DNA of 64,000 nucleotides from Eubacteriales bacterium (GTDB taxonomy: Bacteria; Bacillota; Clostridia; Oscillospirales; CAG-272), in the NCBI GenBank assembly GCA_045638385.1, contig JAZUBI010000117.1, forward strand, positions 29,398-93,397, given 5' to 3'. Made by a program: the position numbers and the translations under genes. Below the pieces are notes generated by a model. That model searched no databases and was not told where the DNA came from. It saw nothing but the letters and a program-made list of their open reading frames with translations. Shown in pieces: positions 45,910-54,826 of this stretch; positions within the stretch are counted from its first letter, which is position 1; each line of letters begins with the position of its first letter.

Positions 45910-47648
45910 TCAAAAAAATATTATTTTCGCTTTTGATCCTGCTTTCCGTTTTGCTTTTCTCCGCTTGCGACAGCGAAGAGCCTAAATGCACTCACGAAAG
46001 CATGGCAACAAGCCAAAAATTGCCCTCCTGCACAGAGAGCGGATATATATGCTATATTTGCAATAATTGCGGATATTCATACGTTTCAGAGCGTCCCGAT
46101 GCGCTTGGGCATACATATGAAAAGAAAACAGTTGCTCCAAGCTGCAAAAATGCCGGATACACAACGTATACATGCTCTTGCGGCGATAGCTATGTCTCCG
46201 ACTATATTGATGCGCTTGAGCATAACTACACTGTATCTGTTTTATCAGAGCCCACATGCGAGGAGCACGGATACCTCGAATACAGATGCCAGACTTGCTC
46301 TGACTCATATATCACCCCACTCTTTGGTGATGAAATGGGACACAACTTCACAGAGACAGTTGTGCCGTCAAGCTGTACTGATGAGGGATATACCCTTTAC
46401 GAATGCACGTGCGGCTATTCTATAAAATCCGATTTTCAAAAACCGAACGGACACTCATATACAGAAGATGTCATTTCAAGCATAAGCTGTACCGATGAGG
46501 GTATGACAAAATATACCTGTGAGTGCGGCGATACATACACATTGACTCTTCCTCCCCTCGGGCACTCCTTTACATCTACTCAAACAATGCCAACGCTTTC
46601 CGATATGGGCTTTACAAAACACCTTTGCACGGAATGCGGATTTGAGTATACGGGCAATTTCACCTTTTACACCGACATTTTAAAGGACGCTTATGTCGAT
46701 ACCGCAGAGCCTATCGCGAAAGGAATAGACATCTCCTACTTCAATTATAAGCAGGATTCAAGCGGCAATTATCTTTCCCTTGATTGGGGTGCGATAAAGG
46801 CGGCAGGAATAAGCTACGTTATAATTCGCATCGGTGATGCTTCTATCGGTCTTGACCCAACCTTTGAAAAAAGCTATACTGAAGCAAAAGCGGCAGGACT
46901 TGAGGTTGGCGCGTACTTTTACACGCGGGCTCAAAGTGTGGACGAGATCACGCTTGAAGCCAATCTGGTTCTTTCGGCTCTTAAGGATAAGCAGTTCGAA
47001 TATCCCATCTACCTTGATCTTGAGGATGATTCACTTAAAGGCATTGACCCCGCGATGCTTAATGAAATGTGCGTAACGTTTTTCACAACGCTTCAGCGTT
47101 CGGGATACTACACAGGACTCTATGTCAACAACGAGTGGCTTTATAACGTTATCGACACCAAAACCGCTACCTCGCGCTTTGAGCTCTGGTACGCCAGATA
47201 CCCTTCTCCTCTCGAGGGAGAAACACCCACCTGGAGCGCGGTGGAGACAAGCAAGCCGTTCGGAATGTGGCAATATACCGATTCGGGAATCATAGAAGGC
47301 ATCGACCACACAGAATTTGATTTTAATTATGCGTACAAGGACTATCCGACACTGATCAAGGAATACGGATTCAACGGTTTCAGCACAAGCTTCACGTTCC
47401 CCGACACGGAAAAATCCTTTGTTTGGGTAATCTACCCGAATGCTATAAATATCCGATCCAAAAACGACTTTTTTACTACTGACGGATATGATTCCTCGCT
47501 TGATGTCATTGGTTATGCAAGCTACGGCACACGCTTTGAGGTCGTAGAGAAAAACGAGCTTTATACAGCGATACTTTATAACGGAGAAATCGCGTATATA
47601 TCTTCAAAATCAACATATGTATCCTTTACGGGATTATATACTCAATAA
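45906..47648 (+). CDS. lipoprotein: Cys-rich repeat region + GH25 muramidase + SH3b-like C-terminus
   Basis: Lipobox LLFSACD. KGIDISYFN...VIIRIG...GAYFY...YLDLEDD is the GH25 pattern. The tail INIRSKND...YGTRFEVVEKNELYTAILYNGEIAYISS is SH3-like. ATGA overlap with rsmA. Confidence 0.75.
   Translation: MIKKILFSLLILLSVLLFSACDSEEPKCTHESMATSQKLPSCTESGYICYICNNCGYSYVSERPDALGHTYEKKTVAPSCKNAGYTTYTCSCGDSYVSDYIDALEHNYTVSVLSEPTCEEHGYLEYRCQTCSDSYITPLFGDEMGHNFTETVVPSSCTDEGYTLYECTCGYSIKSDFQKPNGHSYTEDVISSISCTDEGMTKYTCECGDTYTLTLPPLGHSFTSTQTMPTLSDMGFTKHLCTECGFEYTGNFTFYTDILKDAYVDTAEPIAKGIDISYFNYKQDSSGNYLSLDWGAIKAAGISYVIIRIGDASIGLDPTFEKSYTEAKAAGLEVGAYFYTRAQSVDEITLEANLVLSALKDKQFEYPIYLDLEDDSLKGIDPAMLNEMCVTFFTTLQRSGYYTGLYVNNEWLYNVIDTKTATSRFELWYARYPSPLEGETPTWSAVETSKPFGMWQYTDSGIIEGIDHTEFDFNYAYKDYPTLIKEYGFNGFSTSFTFPDTEKSFVWVIYPNAINIRSKNDFFTTDGYDSSLDVIGYASYGTRFEVVEKNELYTAILYNGEIAYISSKSTYVSFTGLYTQ
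45987..46656 (+). repeat. about 5.5 tandem ~38-aa Cys/His repeats (C-x3-GY-x2-Y-x-C-x2-CG-x-SY-x~9-GH-x-[YF])
   Basis: Read directly from the translation: CTESGYICYICNNCGYSY..GHTY, CKNAGYTTYTCSCGDSY..EHNY, CEEHGYLEYRCQTCSDSY..GHNF, CTDEGYTLYECTCGYSI..GHSY, CTDEGMTKYTCECGDTY..GHSF. Confidence 0.85.
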
Positions 47649-47688
47649 AAAAGCACGGAACATCCTTGATGTTCCGTGTTCTTTATTT
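47647..47688. terminator. bidirectional terminator hairpin
   Basis: A6, then CACGGAACATC/GATGTTCCGTG stem, then a T-rich tract. Confidence 0.7.
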
Positions 47689-47696
47689 AATACGTA

Positions 47697-48527
47697 TTAT
47701 GCAAGCATATCAATAAGATCGCGAAGCGCGGTTTCAAACTTTGCTCCGTACCAATGATCTGCATCTCCCTGAGTGTTAATGATGCACTTTACGGTATAAT
47801 CTGCCGCTATCTTTGCCGCCTCAAAAATGTCCTTGTCATTCATAAGCGCGCCTGTAAATGCGGAAGCGTATATATCTCCGGTACCGTGTGCGCCCTTACC
47901 TATCTTATCGTGCTCATAGTGGCTCATCTTGCCGTCTGTATAAACAGCAACGCCGGTCTTGCCCTCACGGTATCCAACGCCGGTCATAACAACCGTCTTT
48001 GCACCGAGAGCGCAGAGCTTTTCGCAAAGGTCTGTAACGTATGCCTCGTCATAGCTCTCGCGGTATTCGCTACCGGTAAGGAATGCAGCCTCGGTAATAT
48101 TGGGAACGAGAATATCAGCAGAGCCGCAGAGGGGCTTCATAGCCTCAACGTAGTCCATATCAAAGATGGAGTAAAGCTTGCCGTTATCAGCCATAGCGGG
48201 GTCGACTATGCGAACGCAATCGTCTGTTCCCATAGTATTAAGAATGCTCTGAACGTATCCGATCTGCTTAATGCTTCCAAGGTATCCGGTGTATATAGCC
48301 TTGAATTTGATGTTCTCCTTCTGCCAATGCGCCTGAATAGCGGGCATGTCATCGGTGAGATCGCGGAATGTAAATCCGGTAAATCCGCCGGTGTGAGTTG
48401 AAAGAACTGCGGAAGGAAGAATACATGTTTCAAGTCCGCATGCCGAGAGAATGGGGAGCGCAACGGTCAGCGAGCACTGACCAACGCAGGATATGTCTTG
48501 GATAGTTAAAATTTTTTTGTAATCCAT
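47697..48527 (-). CDS. pdxK: pyridoxal/pyridoxamine kinase (ribokinase superfamily)
   Basis: ILTIQDISCVGQCSLTVALPILSACG N-terminus and the GTGDIYASAF anion-hole motif. Length of 276 aa fits. Confidence 0.8.
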   Translation of the reverse strand: MDYKKILTIQDISCVGQCSLTVALPILSACGLETCILPSAVLSTHTGGFTGFTFRDLTDDMPAIQAHWQKENIKFKAIYTGYLGSIKQIGYVQSILNTMGTDDCVRIVDPAMADNGKLYSIFDMDYVEAMKPLCGSADILVPNITEAAFLTGSEYRESYDEAYVTDLCEKLCALGAKTVVMTGVGYREGKTGVAVYTDGKMSHYEHDKIGKGAHGTGDIYASAFTGALMNDKDIFEAAKIAADYTVKCIINTQGDADHWYGAKFETALRDLIDMLA

Positions 48528-48540
48528 TTTAAAATACTCC

Positions 48541-48569
48541 TTGCAATTTTATTGATTTTATTATATAAT
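48541..48569 (+). promoter_or_regulatory. SigA-type promoter (TTGCAA-17-TATAAT) for the MocR-like gene, overlapping the pdxK RBS region
   Basis: TTGCAAttttattgattttattaTATAAT. An inverted repeat TTCTGA-N16-TCAGAA lies just downstream. Confidence 0.5.
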
Positions 48570-48619
48570 AGTTCTGATGATATTAAAATAGTCAGAAATG
48601 GAGAAATTTATATAACCAG

Positions 48620-49714
48620 ATGAAATATAAGGTTGACAAAAATGCACGCCCGGTATATCTTCAGATCTACAAGCAGATCAAGGATGACATTATAAACGGC
48701 AACTATCCGTATAATACAAAGCTCCCATCCAAAAGATTGCTTGCGGATGAGACAGAAACCAGCACCGTGACTATTGAACACGCATATGCTCTGCTTTGCG
48801 ACGAGGGGTATGTAGAGTCACGGGAGAGAAGCGGATTTTTCGTTATATTCAGAAACACAGACGGCTTTGCTCTTCCGTCCGAAATTGAGATCCACAGCTG
48901 CGAAATAGCATTTGAGCAACACACAAGTCCGGATTTTCCCTTCTCGGTTCTCGCCAAAACCATGAGAAACGTAATCAGCGATTTTGGAGAGTCAATTTTC
49001 AAAAAATCGCAAAACAAGGGATGTCTCGAACTGCGTCTTGCAATCAAATACTACCTATCAAAAAACAGAGGCATAAACGTTGACGTAGAGCAAATCATAA
49101 TAGGCTCCGGTGCGGAGTATCTTTACGGACTTATTATCGAGCTGCTTGGACGAAACAGAACGTATGGGATAGAGTACCCGTCCTACAAAAAAATTGAACA
49201 GGTCTACAAGGCAGGAGAGGTTGATTATAAGCCCCTCAGACTTTCAAATGACGGCATTGACAGCATAGCTCTTGCCAACACAGAGGCAAGCGTGCTTCAC
49301 ACAACGCCATACCGAAGCTACCCCACGGGCGTATCAGCATCAGCGAACAAAAGACACGAGTATATACGCTGGTCAAACGCGGGTGAAAGATACATAATCG
49401 AGGACGATTTTGAATCAGAGTTTTCTGTTTCATCAAAGCCGGAGGACACCTTGTTTTCTCTTTCGGATAAAGACAACGTGATATATCTCAACACATTCTC
49501 AAAAACTATATCTCCGTCTCTGCGTGTCGGCTATATGGTCATCCCCAAAAAGCTTGTAAAGGATTTTGAAGAAAGGCTTGGATTTTATTCCTGCACCGTA
49601 CCCACCTTTGAGCAATACGTGATCGCAAGGCTTCTCCAAAACGGTGATTTTGAAAGGCACATCAACAAGGTCAGACGAAATAAACGCAAGGAGCTTCTAA
49701 ACAGCACAAAATAA
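48620..49714 (+). CDS. GntR/MocR-family (PdxR-like) regulator with short aminotransferase-like domain
   Basis: An N-terminal wHTH (LPSKRLLADETETSTVTIEHAYALLCDEGYVESRERSGFFV) plus a fold-type-I domain with FSKTISPSLRVGYMV (PLP lysine). It is only 364 aa. Confidence 0.7.
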   Translation: MKYKVDKNARPVYLQIYKQIKDDIINGNYPYNTKLPSKRLLADETETSTVTIEHAYALLCDEGYVESRERSGFFVIFRNTDGFALPSEIEIHSCEIAFEQHTSPDFPFSVLAKTMRNVISDFGESIFKKSQNKGCLELRLAIKYYLSKNRGINVDVEQIIIGSGAEYLYGLIIELLGRNRTYGIEYPSYKKIEQVYKAGEVDYKPLRLSNDGIDSIALANTEASVLHTTPYRSYPTGVSASANKRHEYIRWSNAGERYIIEDDFESEFSVSSKPEDTLFSLSDKDNVIYLNTFSKTISPSLRVGYMVIPKKLVKDFEERLGFYSCTVPTFEQYVIARLLQNGDFERHINKVRRNKRKELLNSTK

Positions 49715-49748
49715 AAGAAAACGGCAAGGATAATTCCCTGCCGTTTTT
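49713..49748. terminator. bidirectional intrinsic terminator
   Basis: A-rich run, then ACGGCAAGG/CCCTGCCGT stem (one mismatch), then T5. Confidence 0.7.
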
Positions 49749-49752
49749 GTCA

Positions 49753-50328
49753 TTATGCCTCAGGCTTCTTCTCAAGCTTAAGAGGATAGTCACCAAGATG
49801 CTCCATCTTAAAGCCGTTTGCCTTGTACTCCTCATAGTTGAATGCCTCAAGCTCATCGATCGCAAGCTTGTGGAACTCATAGAAGTTGTACCACCACTCA
49901 TAACCCGTACCGAGATCAGCGTTAAGATATGCGTCTGCAATATCACAGCCCATAGCGGGAGCTACGTAGAAAGCACCCATAGCAAGAACGTTTACACCGT
50001 TACCGGTAATAGCACGAAGAGCCGCGGGAACGCTCTCAACAACACCTGCATGAACATGAGGGCATTTTGAAGCCGCAATATGAATGCCCATACCGGTTCC
50101 ACAGAAAAGAAGTGCTCTCTCAAAGTTACCCTCGGAGATCTGCGCGCCAACACGAAGACCTACGCGGTGGAACATATTCTCGGTATCATTGGGATCGCTG
50201 TCAGCAACAACGCCAAGATCGGTGATCTTCCAGCCCTTTTCTCTGAGGTGCGCACAAACTGCTTCCTTAAGCGGATATCCTGCAAAGTCAGCGCCAACAA
50301 CAAGATATTTGTCCTTAACTGTTTTCAT
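49753..50328 (-). CDS. RpiB/LacA/LacB family sugar-phosphate isomerase (long form)
   Basis: VVGADFAGYPLKE...LFCGTGMGIHIAASK pattern. RBS AAGGAG. Confidence 0.7.
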   Translation of the reverse strand: MKTVKDKYLVVGADFAGYPLKEAVCAHLREKGWKITDLGVVADSDPNDTENMFHRVGLRVGAQISEGNFERALLFCGTGMGIHIAASKCPHVHAGVVESVPAALRAITGNGVNVLAMGAFYVAPAMGCDIADAYLNADLGTGYEWWYNFYEFHKLAIDELEAFNYEEYKANGFKMEHLGDYPLKLEKKPEA

Positions 50329-50349
50329 AATATTACTCCTTATATGTAA

Positions 50350-52557
50350 TTATTTTTTGATAACAAAAGTATTTTTTCCGCATACAAGCTTCTTTCCGCC
50401 GTAGTATGCCTCAACGCCCTCGGGAATTATAACGGTATAAATAAACTCGCCGTTCTTATATTCCCATCCGAGCTCTATTTCACCGGATACGGTCTGCATT
50501 TTAGCCCACACATATCCTGCATCCTCGATAAACTGAGGATGAAGATCGATCTTTTTAAATCCGGGATTTTCAACGTCAGGCTCAATTCCGAGCATAGTCT
50601 TAAAGAACCAGCCTATTACGTTCGAGAACATGTGGTGATTATGCGAATCTCTGTCCGCGCCGTCCCAGCATTCCCAAAGCGTATCTGCGCCATGCTCAAA
50701 CCAAGTCTTGTATCCGGGATCACTCTCGGTAATAAGCTTATATGCAAGGTCTCCCCTGCCGCTCACCCCAAGCGCGTCGTAAAGATACTGTACACCAAGC
50801 ATTCCGGATGTAAGAGTCATATTGCTCTTGATAACTGTCTCTGCCATCTGCTTTGAAATGGCATCCTTATCGGTGAAAATACCGAACATTATCATCAAAG
50901 CAACCGATGTCTGCTCATCAACCGTGCATCTGCCATTTTCATCAAGATATTTTGAAGCAAATGTGCGCTTGTAGCTCTCAAGCTTGTCATCAATAGCCTT
51001 TGCATCGCGTCCGTCAAGCTTATACGCAAGCGCGGTGATCTTTAATCCCTTAAGGAAAATAATATCTCTTACAAACTCACGCGGGATGAGCTTACTGTTC
51101 CCCCAGCCCATCCAATCGGCAAGAATAAAGTTTTTATTTTCTTTTATGTATCCCTCAAGGAAAGCGAGATATCTGTCAAAATACTCGATCGCTCCAACAA
51201 GCATCGAAGCATCTCCCGTATAAAGATATGCTCTGTAAGGAAGCTCATAGAGCATCAGATCACAGACCGGGCCCCAATCGCGTCCCCAAGTGTGAGTCGG
51301 CACTACGGCGTGAAGCGCACCGTCCTCGCACATATCAGCCTTGATATCCTCAAACCACTTGTTGTAGAAAGGCATTATATCAAAATTGATAAGTGTCTGC
51401 TCTATCGAAGCCTGCGCATCGTTCATCCAACCAAGCTTTTCTCTTGTCGGGCAGTCGGTAAGCGACCAGAACATATTTGAATAAGTGGATTGGATTCCCG
51501 CATCGTAAATGTACTGAATGACGGGATTTCCACACTTGAATTCGCTTCTGCGCTCAATATCGTTGTGAATGAAATACGCTTTGGTATTCTCTGCCTTGGG
51601 TGCCTCGTCAAGCCCCTTGATAAGAACGTAACGGAATCCGTGATAGCAGAAAAGCGGCTTAAAGGTATCAACCTTTCCCGATGCAATGGCTTTGTTTATA
51701 TGGAAGGGCTGGCGGTCGGGATAATTAAACTCCTTATGCAACCCATTCATTTTTATTTTACCGTCGGGATAAACATCCTCGGTGTAATAAAATTCAAGCT
51801 CTCTGCCTTCTGTAGCCGTGAATGTTATTCCCATGTAACCGGAGATAGTGCGTGCAAAATCGATAAGATAACCCTCTTCTGTCTTTCTTATCTCGGCAGG
51901 AGACAGCACCTCAACCTCACGAACAGGCTGACAGATAATAGGTCTCAATTCCGCGGTGATCTCCTCGGGAGCTCTTTCAATGGCGTCGATCCAAGCAGAA
52001 TCGTCAAACCCGAGTTCAAGCCAGGATTCGTCGTATTTTCTCATATCAACGAACTCGCCGCTTCTCAGCTGGCTGTAAATTATATGCGAATATTCACGGC
52101 TGACCTTCCATTTGCCGTCACTTACAAGCAAATTCTCGCCGTTCACCCAAAGAGACAGAAGAATCTGCGGTGCATCTCTCCAATATGCCTCGTGGAAATC
52201 CCACGCCGTGCGGAACGTCTCGTTAAAAAATCCGTTTCCCGCGATAGCACATATAACGTTCTTGCCCTTCTTTAAGAGATGGGACACCTCATATTCATCA
52301 TACCACAGTATCTTTTTATAATCACTCGTAGCGGAAATAAAGATATCCTCGGTGATAGGCTTTCCGTTTATGTAATAGCAGGCAAAACCCGGGCTCTGCA
52401 CGAAAATACGCGCGTTTTCTATATCGCCCTCAATCTCAAACTCGCGTCTAAAGAAAGGAAGCGGATCGTCAAACGTGTATTCCGAATGAACCTTTTGCGC
52501 CTTGATATATCTTGCATCGCCAAAAGGCTTCTTAACATCCTTTTCAAATTCAGACAT
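50350..52557 (-). CDS. GH78 alpha-L-rhamnosidase-like glycoside hydrolase
   Basis: FRREFEIEGDIENARIFVQSPGFACYYINGKPI (N-terminal domain) and DCPTREKLGWMNDAQ (six-hairpin catalytic domain signature). Confidence 0.75.
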   Translation of the reverse strand: MSEFEKDVKKPFGDARYIKAQKVHSEYTFDDPLPFFRREFEIEGDIENARIFVQSPGFACYYINGKPITEDIFISATSDYKKILWYDEYEVSHLLKKGKNVICAIAGNGFFNETFRTAWDFHEAYWRDAPQILLSLWVNGENLLVSDGKWKVSREYSHIIYSQLRSGEFVDMRKYDESWLELGFDDSAWIDAIERAPEEITAELRPIICQPVREVEVLSPAEIRKTEEGYLIDFARTISGYMGITFTATEGRELEFYYTEDVYPDGKIKMNGLHKEFNYPDRQPFHINKAIASGKVDTFKPLFCYHGFRYVLIKGLDEAPKAENTKAYFIHNDIERRSEFKCGNPVIQYIYDAGIQSTYSNMFWSLTDCPTREKLGWMNDAQASIEQTLINFDIMPFYNKWFEDIKADMCEDGALHAVVPTHTWGRDWGPVCDLMLYELPYRAYLYTGDASMLVGAIEYFDRYLAFLEGYIKENKNFILADWMGWGNSKLIPREFVRDIIFLKGLKITALAYKLDGRDAKAIDDKLESYKRTFASKYLDENGRCTVDEQTSVALMIMFGIFTDKDAISKQMAETVIKSNMTLTSGMLGVQYLYDALGVSGRGDLAYKLITESDPGYKTWFEHGADTLWECWDGADRDSHNHHMFSNVIGWFFKTMLGIEPDVENPGFKKIDLHPQFIEDAGYVWAKMQTVSGEIELGWEYKNGEFIYTVIIPEGVEAYYGGKKLVCGKNTFVIKK

Positions 52558-52631
52558 AAAAAAATACCCCTTTGTCTTTAATATGATCTGTTTGATCCTT
52601 CGAATAAAATTTTCGAGTATCCATCAAGAAA

Positions 52632-52660
52632 ATTATATCATAAGAAATCAGAAAAGTCAA
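52632..52660 (-). promoter_or_regulatory. SigA-type promoter (TTGACT-17-TATAAT, TG-extended) for the GH78/RpiB unit
   Basis: Minus strand reads TTGACTtttctgatttcttatgaTATAAT. Confidence 0.7.
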
Positions 52661-52670
52661 TACAAGTTAC

Positions 52671-52700
52671 AAAAAGCACCCATAATATGGGTGCTTTTAA
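52671..52700. terminator. intrinsic terminator after typA (palindromic, bidirectional)
   Basis: A5, then GCACCCAT/ATGGGTGC stem, then T4. Confidence 0.75.
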
Positions 52701-52802
52701 AAGTTTTTTTACTAACAACTCAGAAATCTCAAATTACAGGATCTATCGAAGCTACGTAATCACCATTGAATCAGATTTTTCCGTGTTGCAATCTCTTTTG
52801 GA

Positions 52803-54647
52803 TTATTTATTTGCCTCCTGAGCGCGACGGATCTTCATCATTTCCTTCATTCGAAGCTCGGTATTAAGTATTTTCTTGCGGAGTCTTATTGATTTGGGAG
52901 TGACCTCTATAAGCTCATCGTCCTGAATAAACTCAATAGCCTCTTCAAGGCTGAAGATCTTGGGAGGAGTCAAAAGAAGCTTTTCATCAGCGCCTGCGCT
53001 GCGGATAGCTGTAAGATGCTTTTCCTTGCAGGGATTAACTGCAATATCGTCATTCTTGGGGTTTTCACCGACTATCATACCCTCGTAAACCTCGGTCTGA
53101 GGACCAACGAAGAGCTGACCGCGCTCCTGGGTATTGTAAAGACCGTATCTCGTTGTAACTCCGGCCTCGCTTGCAATGAGCGCACCTGTAAATCTCATAA
53201 CAACGCCACCGCGGTAAGGCTGATAGCCCTCAAAAAGTGTATTGAGAACACCCTCTCCGTGTGTAGCGGAAAGGAATTCCGAACGGTATCCGAAAAGACA
53301 TCTTGAGGGAATGCTGTATTCGATTCTCATTCTCTCTCCGATAGGCGTCATATCGATAAGATCGCCCTTTCTCTGGTTGAGCTTATCAATGACCGCGCCA
53401 ACGTATTCACTCGGAACGTCAAGAGTTACTCTCTCCATAGGCTCGCACTTTACACCGTCAATTTCCTTAAGAATTACCTTGGGATTAGAGCAGGTCATCT
53501 CATAGCCCTCACGGCGCATATTTTCAAGCAATATCGAGAGATGCATCTCTCCTCTTCCCGAAACGATGAACTCATCTGTTGTATCACCGTCGCGAACACG
53601 CAACGAAACATCCTTCAAGAGCTCTCTGTATAGTCTTTCGCGAAGCTGACGTGATGTAACAAATTTACCTTCCTTACCTGCAAGAGGGCTTGTGTTAACA
53701 GCAAAGGTCATCTCAACTGTAGGCTCGCTTACCTTAACGAACTCAATAGGCTCGGGGTTGGTAGTAGAAGTAAGTGTATCTCCTATGGAAATGTCTCCGG
53801 CACCCGAGAAGCAGATAATATCTCCCATCTTCGCGTTTTCAACGGGAACACGCAAAAGTCCGTCGATCTGGTAAAGAGAAACTACCTTTGTTCTCTTGGG
53901 CTTTTCGTCGGGCTTGTGGTAATTGCAGACAAGAACCTCCTGTCCTACCTTGATGCTACCGCGCTCAATGCGTCCGATACCGATTCTGCCAACGTAATCG
54001 TTATAGTCGACCGAGGATACAAGCACCTGAAGATCGCCGTCAAGATCACCCTCGGGCGCAGGCATATAATCAAGTATAGTCTCAAAAAGAGGAGTCAGAT
54101 CATTTCCCTCAACGTCAGGAGAATATGATGCAGTACCCGAGCGCCCTGAGCAATAGAGCATGGGAGAGTCGATCTGATCGTCATCAGCTCCAAGGTCGAT
54201 CAACAGCTCAAGGATCTCGTCCTCAACCTCGCCAAGGCGGGCATCGGGCTTGTCTATCTTATTTATACAAACTATAACCTTGTGATTAAGCTCAAGTGCG
54301 CGCTTCAACACAAAACGTGTCTGGGGCATAGGTCCCTCAGCCGCGTCAACAAGAAGAATTACGCCGTTTACCATCTTTAATACACGCTCTACCTCGCCTC
54401 CGAAATCCGCGTGTCCGGGGGTGTCAACTATATTGATCTTAACATCCTTATAGTGCACAGCGGTGTTTTTTGCGAGAATGGTAATACCTCTTTCCTTCTC
54501 AATATCGTTAGAGTCCATTACACGAGTAACAGTCTCCTGATTTTCTCTGTATATTCCGCCCTGCTTCAAAAGACCGTCAACGAGCGTAGTTTTACCGTGG
54601 TCAACGTGCGCAATTATCGCAACGTTTCTTAAATCCTCTCTTACCAT
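52803..54647 (-). CDS. typA: translational GTPase TypA/BipA
   Basis: [29 protein letters not shown] and NKID G-motifs. Length of 614 aa fits. Confidence 0.95.
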   Translation of the reverse strand: MVREDLRNVAIIAHVDHGKTTLVDGLLKQGGIYRENQETVTRVMDSNDIEKERGITILAKNTAVHYKDVKINIVDTPGHADFGGEVERVLKMVNGVILLVDAAEGPMPQTRFVLKRALELNHKVIVCINKIDKPDARLGEVEDEILELLIDLGADDDQIDSPMLYCSGRSGTASYSPDVEGNDLTPLFETILDYMPAPEGDLDGDLQVLVSSVDYNDYVGRIGIGRIERGSIKVGQEVLVCNYHKPDEKPKRTKVVSLYQIDGLLRVPVENAKMGDIICFSGAGDISIGDTLTSTTNPEPIEFVKVSEPTVEMTFAVNTSPLAGKEGKFVTSRQLRERLYRELLKDVSLRVRDGDTTDEFIVSGRGEMHLSILLENMRREGYEMTCSNPKVILKEIDGVKCEPMERVTLDVPSEYVGAVIDKLNQRKGDLIDMTPIGERMRIEYSIPSRCLFGYRSEFLSATHGEGVLNTLFEGYQPYRGGVVMRFTGALIASEAGVTTRYGLYNTQERGQLFVGPQTEVYEGMIVGENPKNDDIAVNPCKEKHLTAIRSAGADEKLLLTPPKIFSLEEAIEFIQDDELIEVTPKSIRLRKKILNTELRMKEMMKIRRAQEANK

Positions 54648-54783
54648 ACTTACTCCTTTTTAAATATAAATCTGTGCATTTTCTACCAAATATATATTAT
54701 ATCACATTTTTGTCAACAAGAAAAGACAAAGATATTACGATATTTTCAAGTTAGAGAAAATCTCTTTTGTGCAATTTTCACAC

Positions 54784-54816
54784 AAAAAAGCTATCGCGCG
54801 TAATGTGCGATAGCTC
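54784..54816 (-). terminator. intrinsic terminator
   Basis: AGCTATCGC/GCGATAGCT stem followed by U6 on the minus strand. Confidence 0.8.
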
Positions 54817-54826
54817 AACGGTTTTT

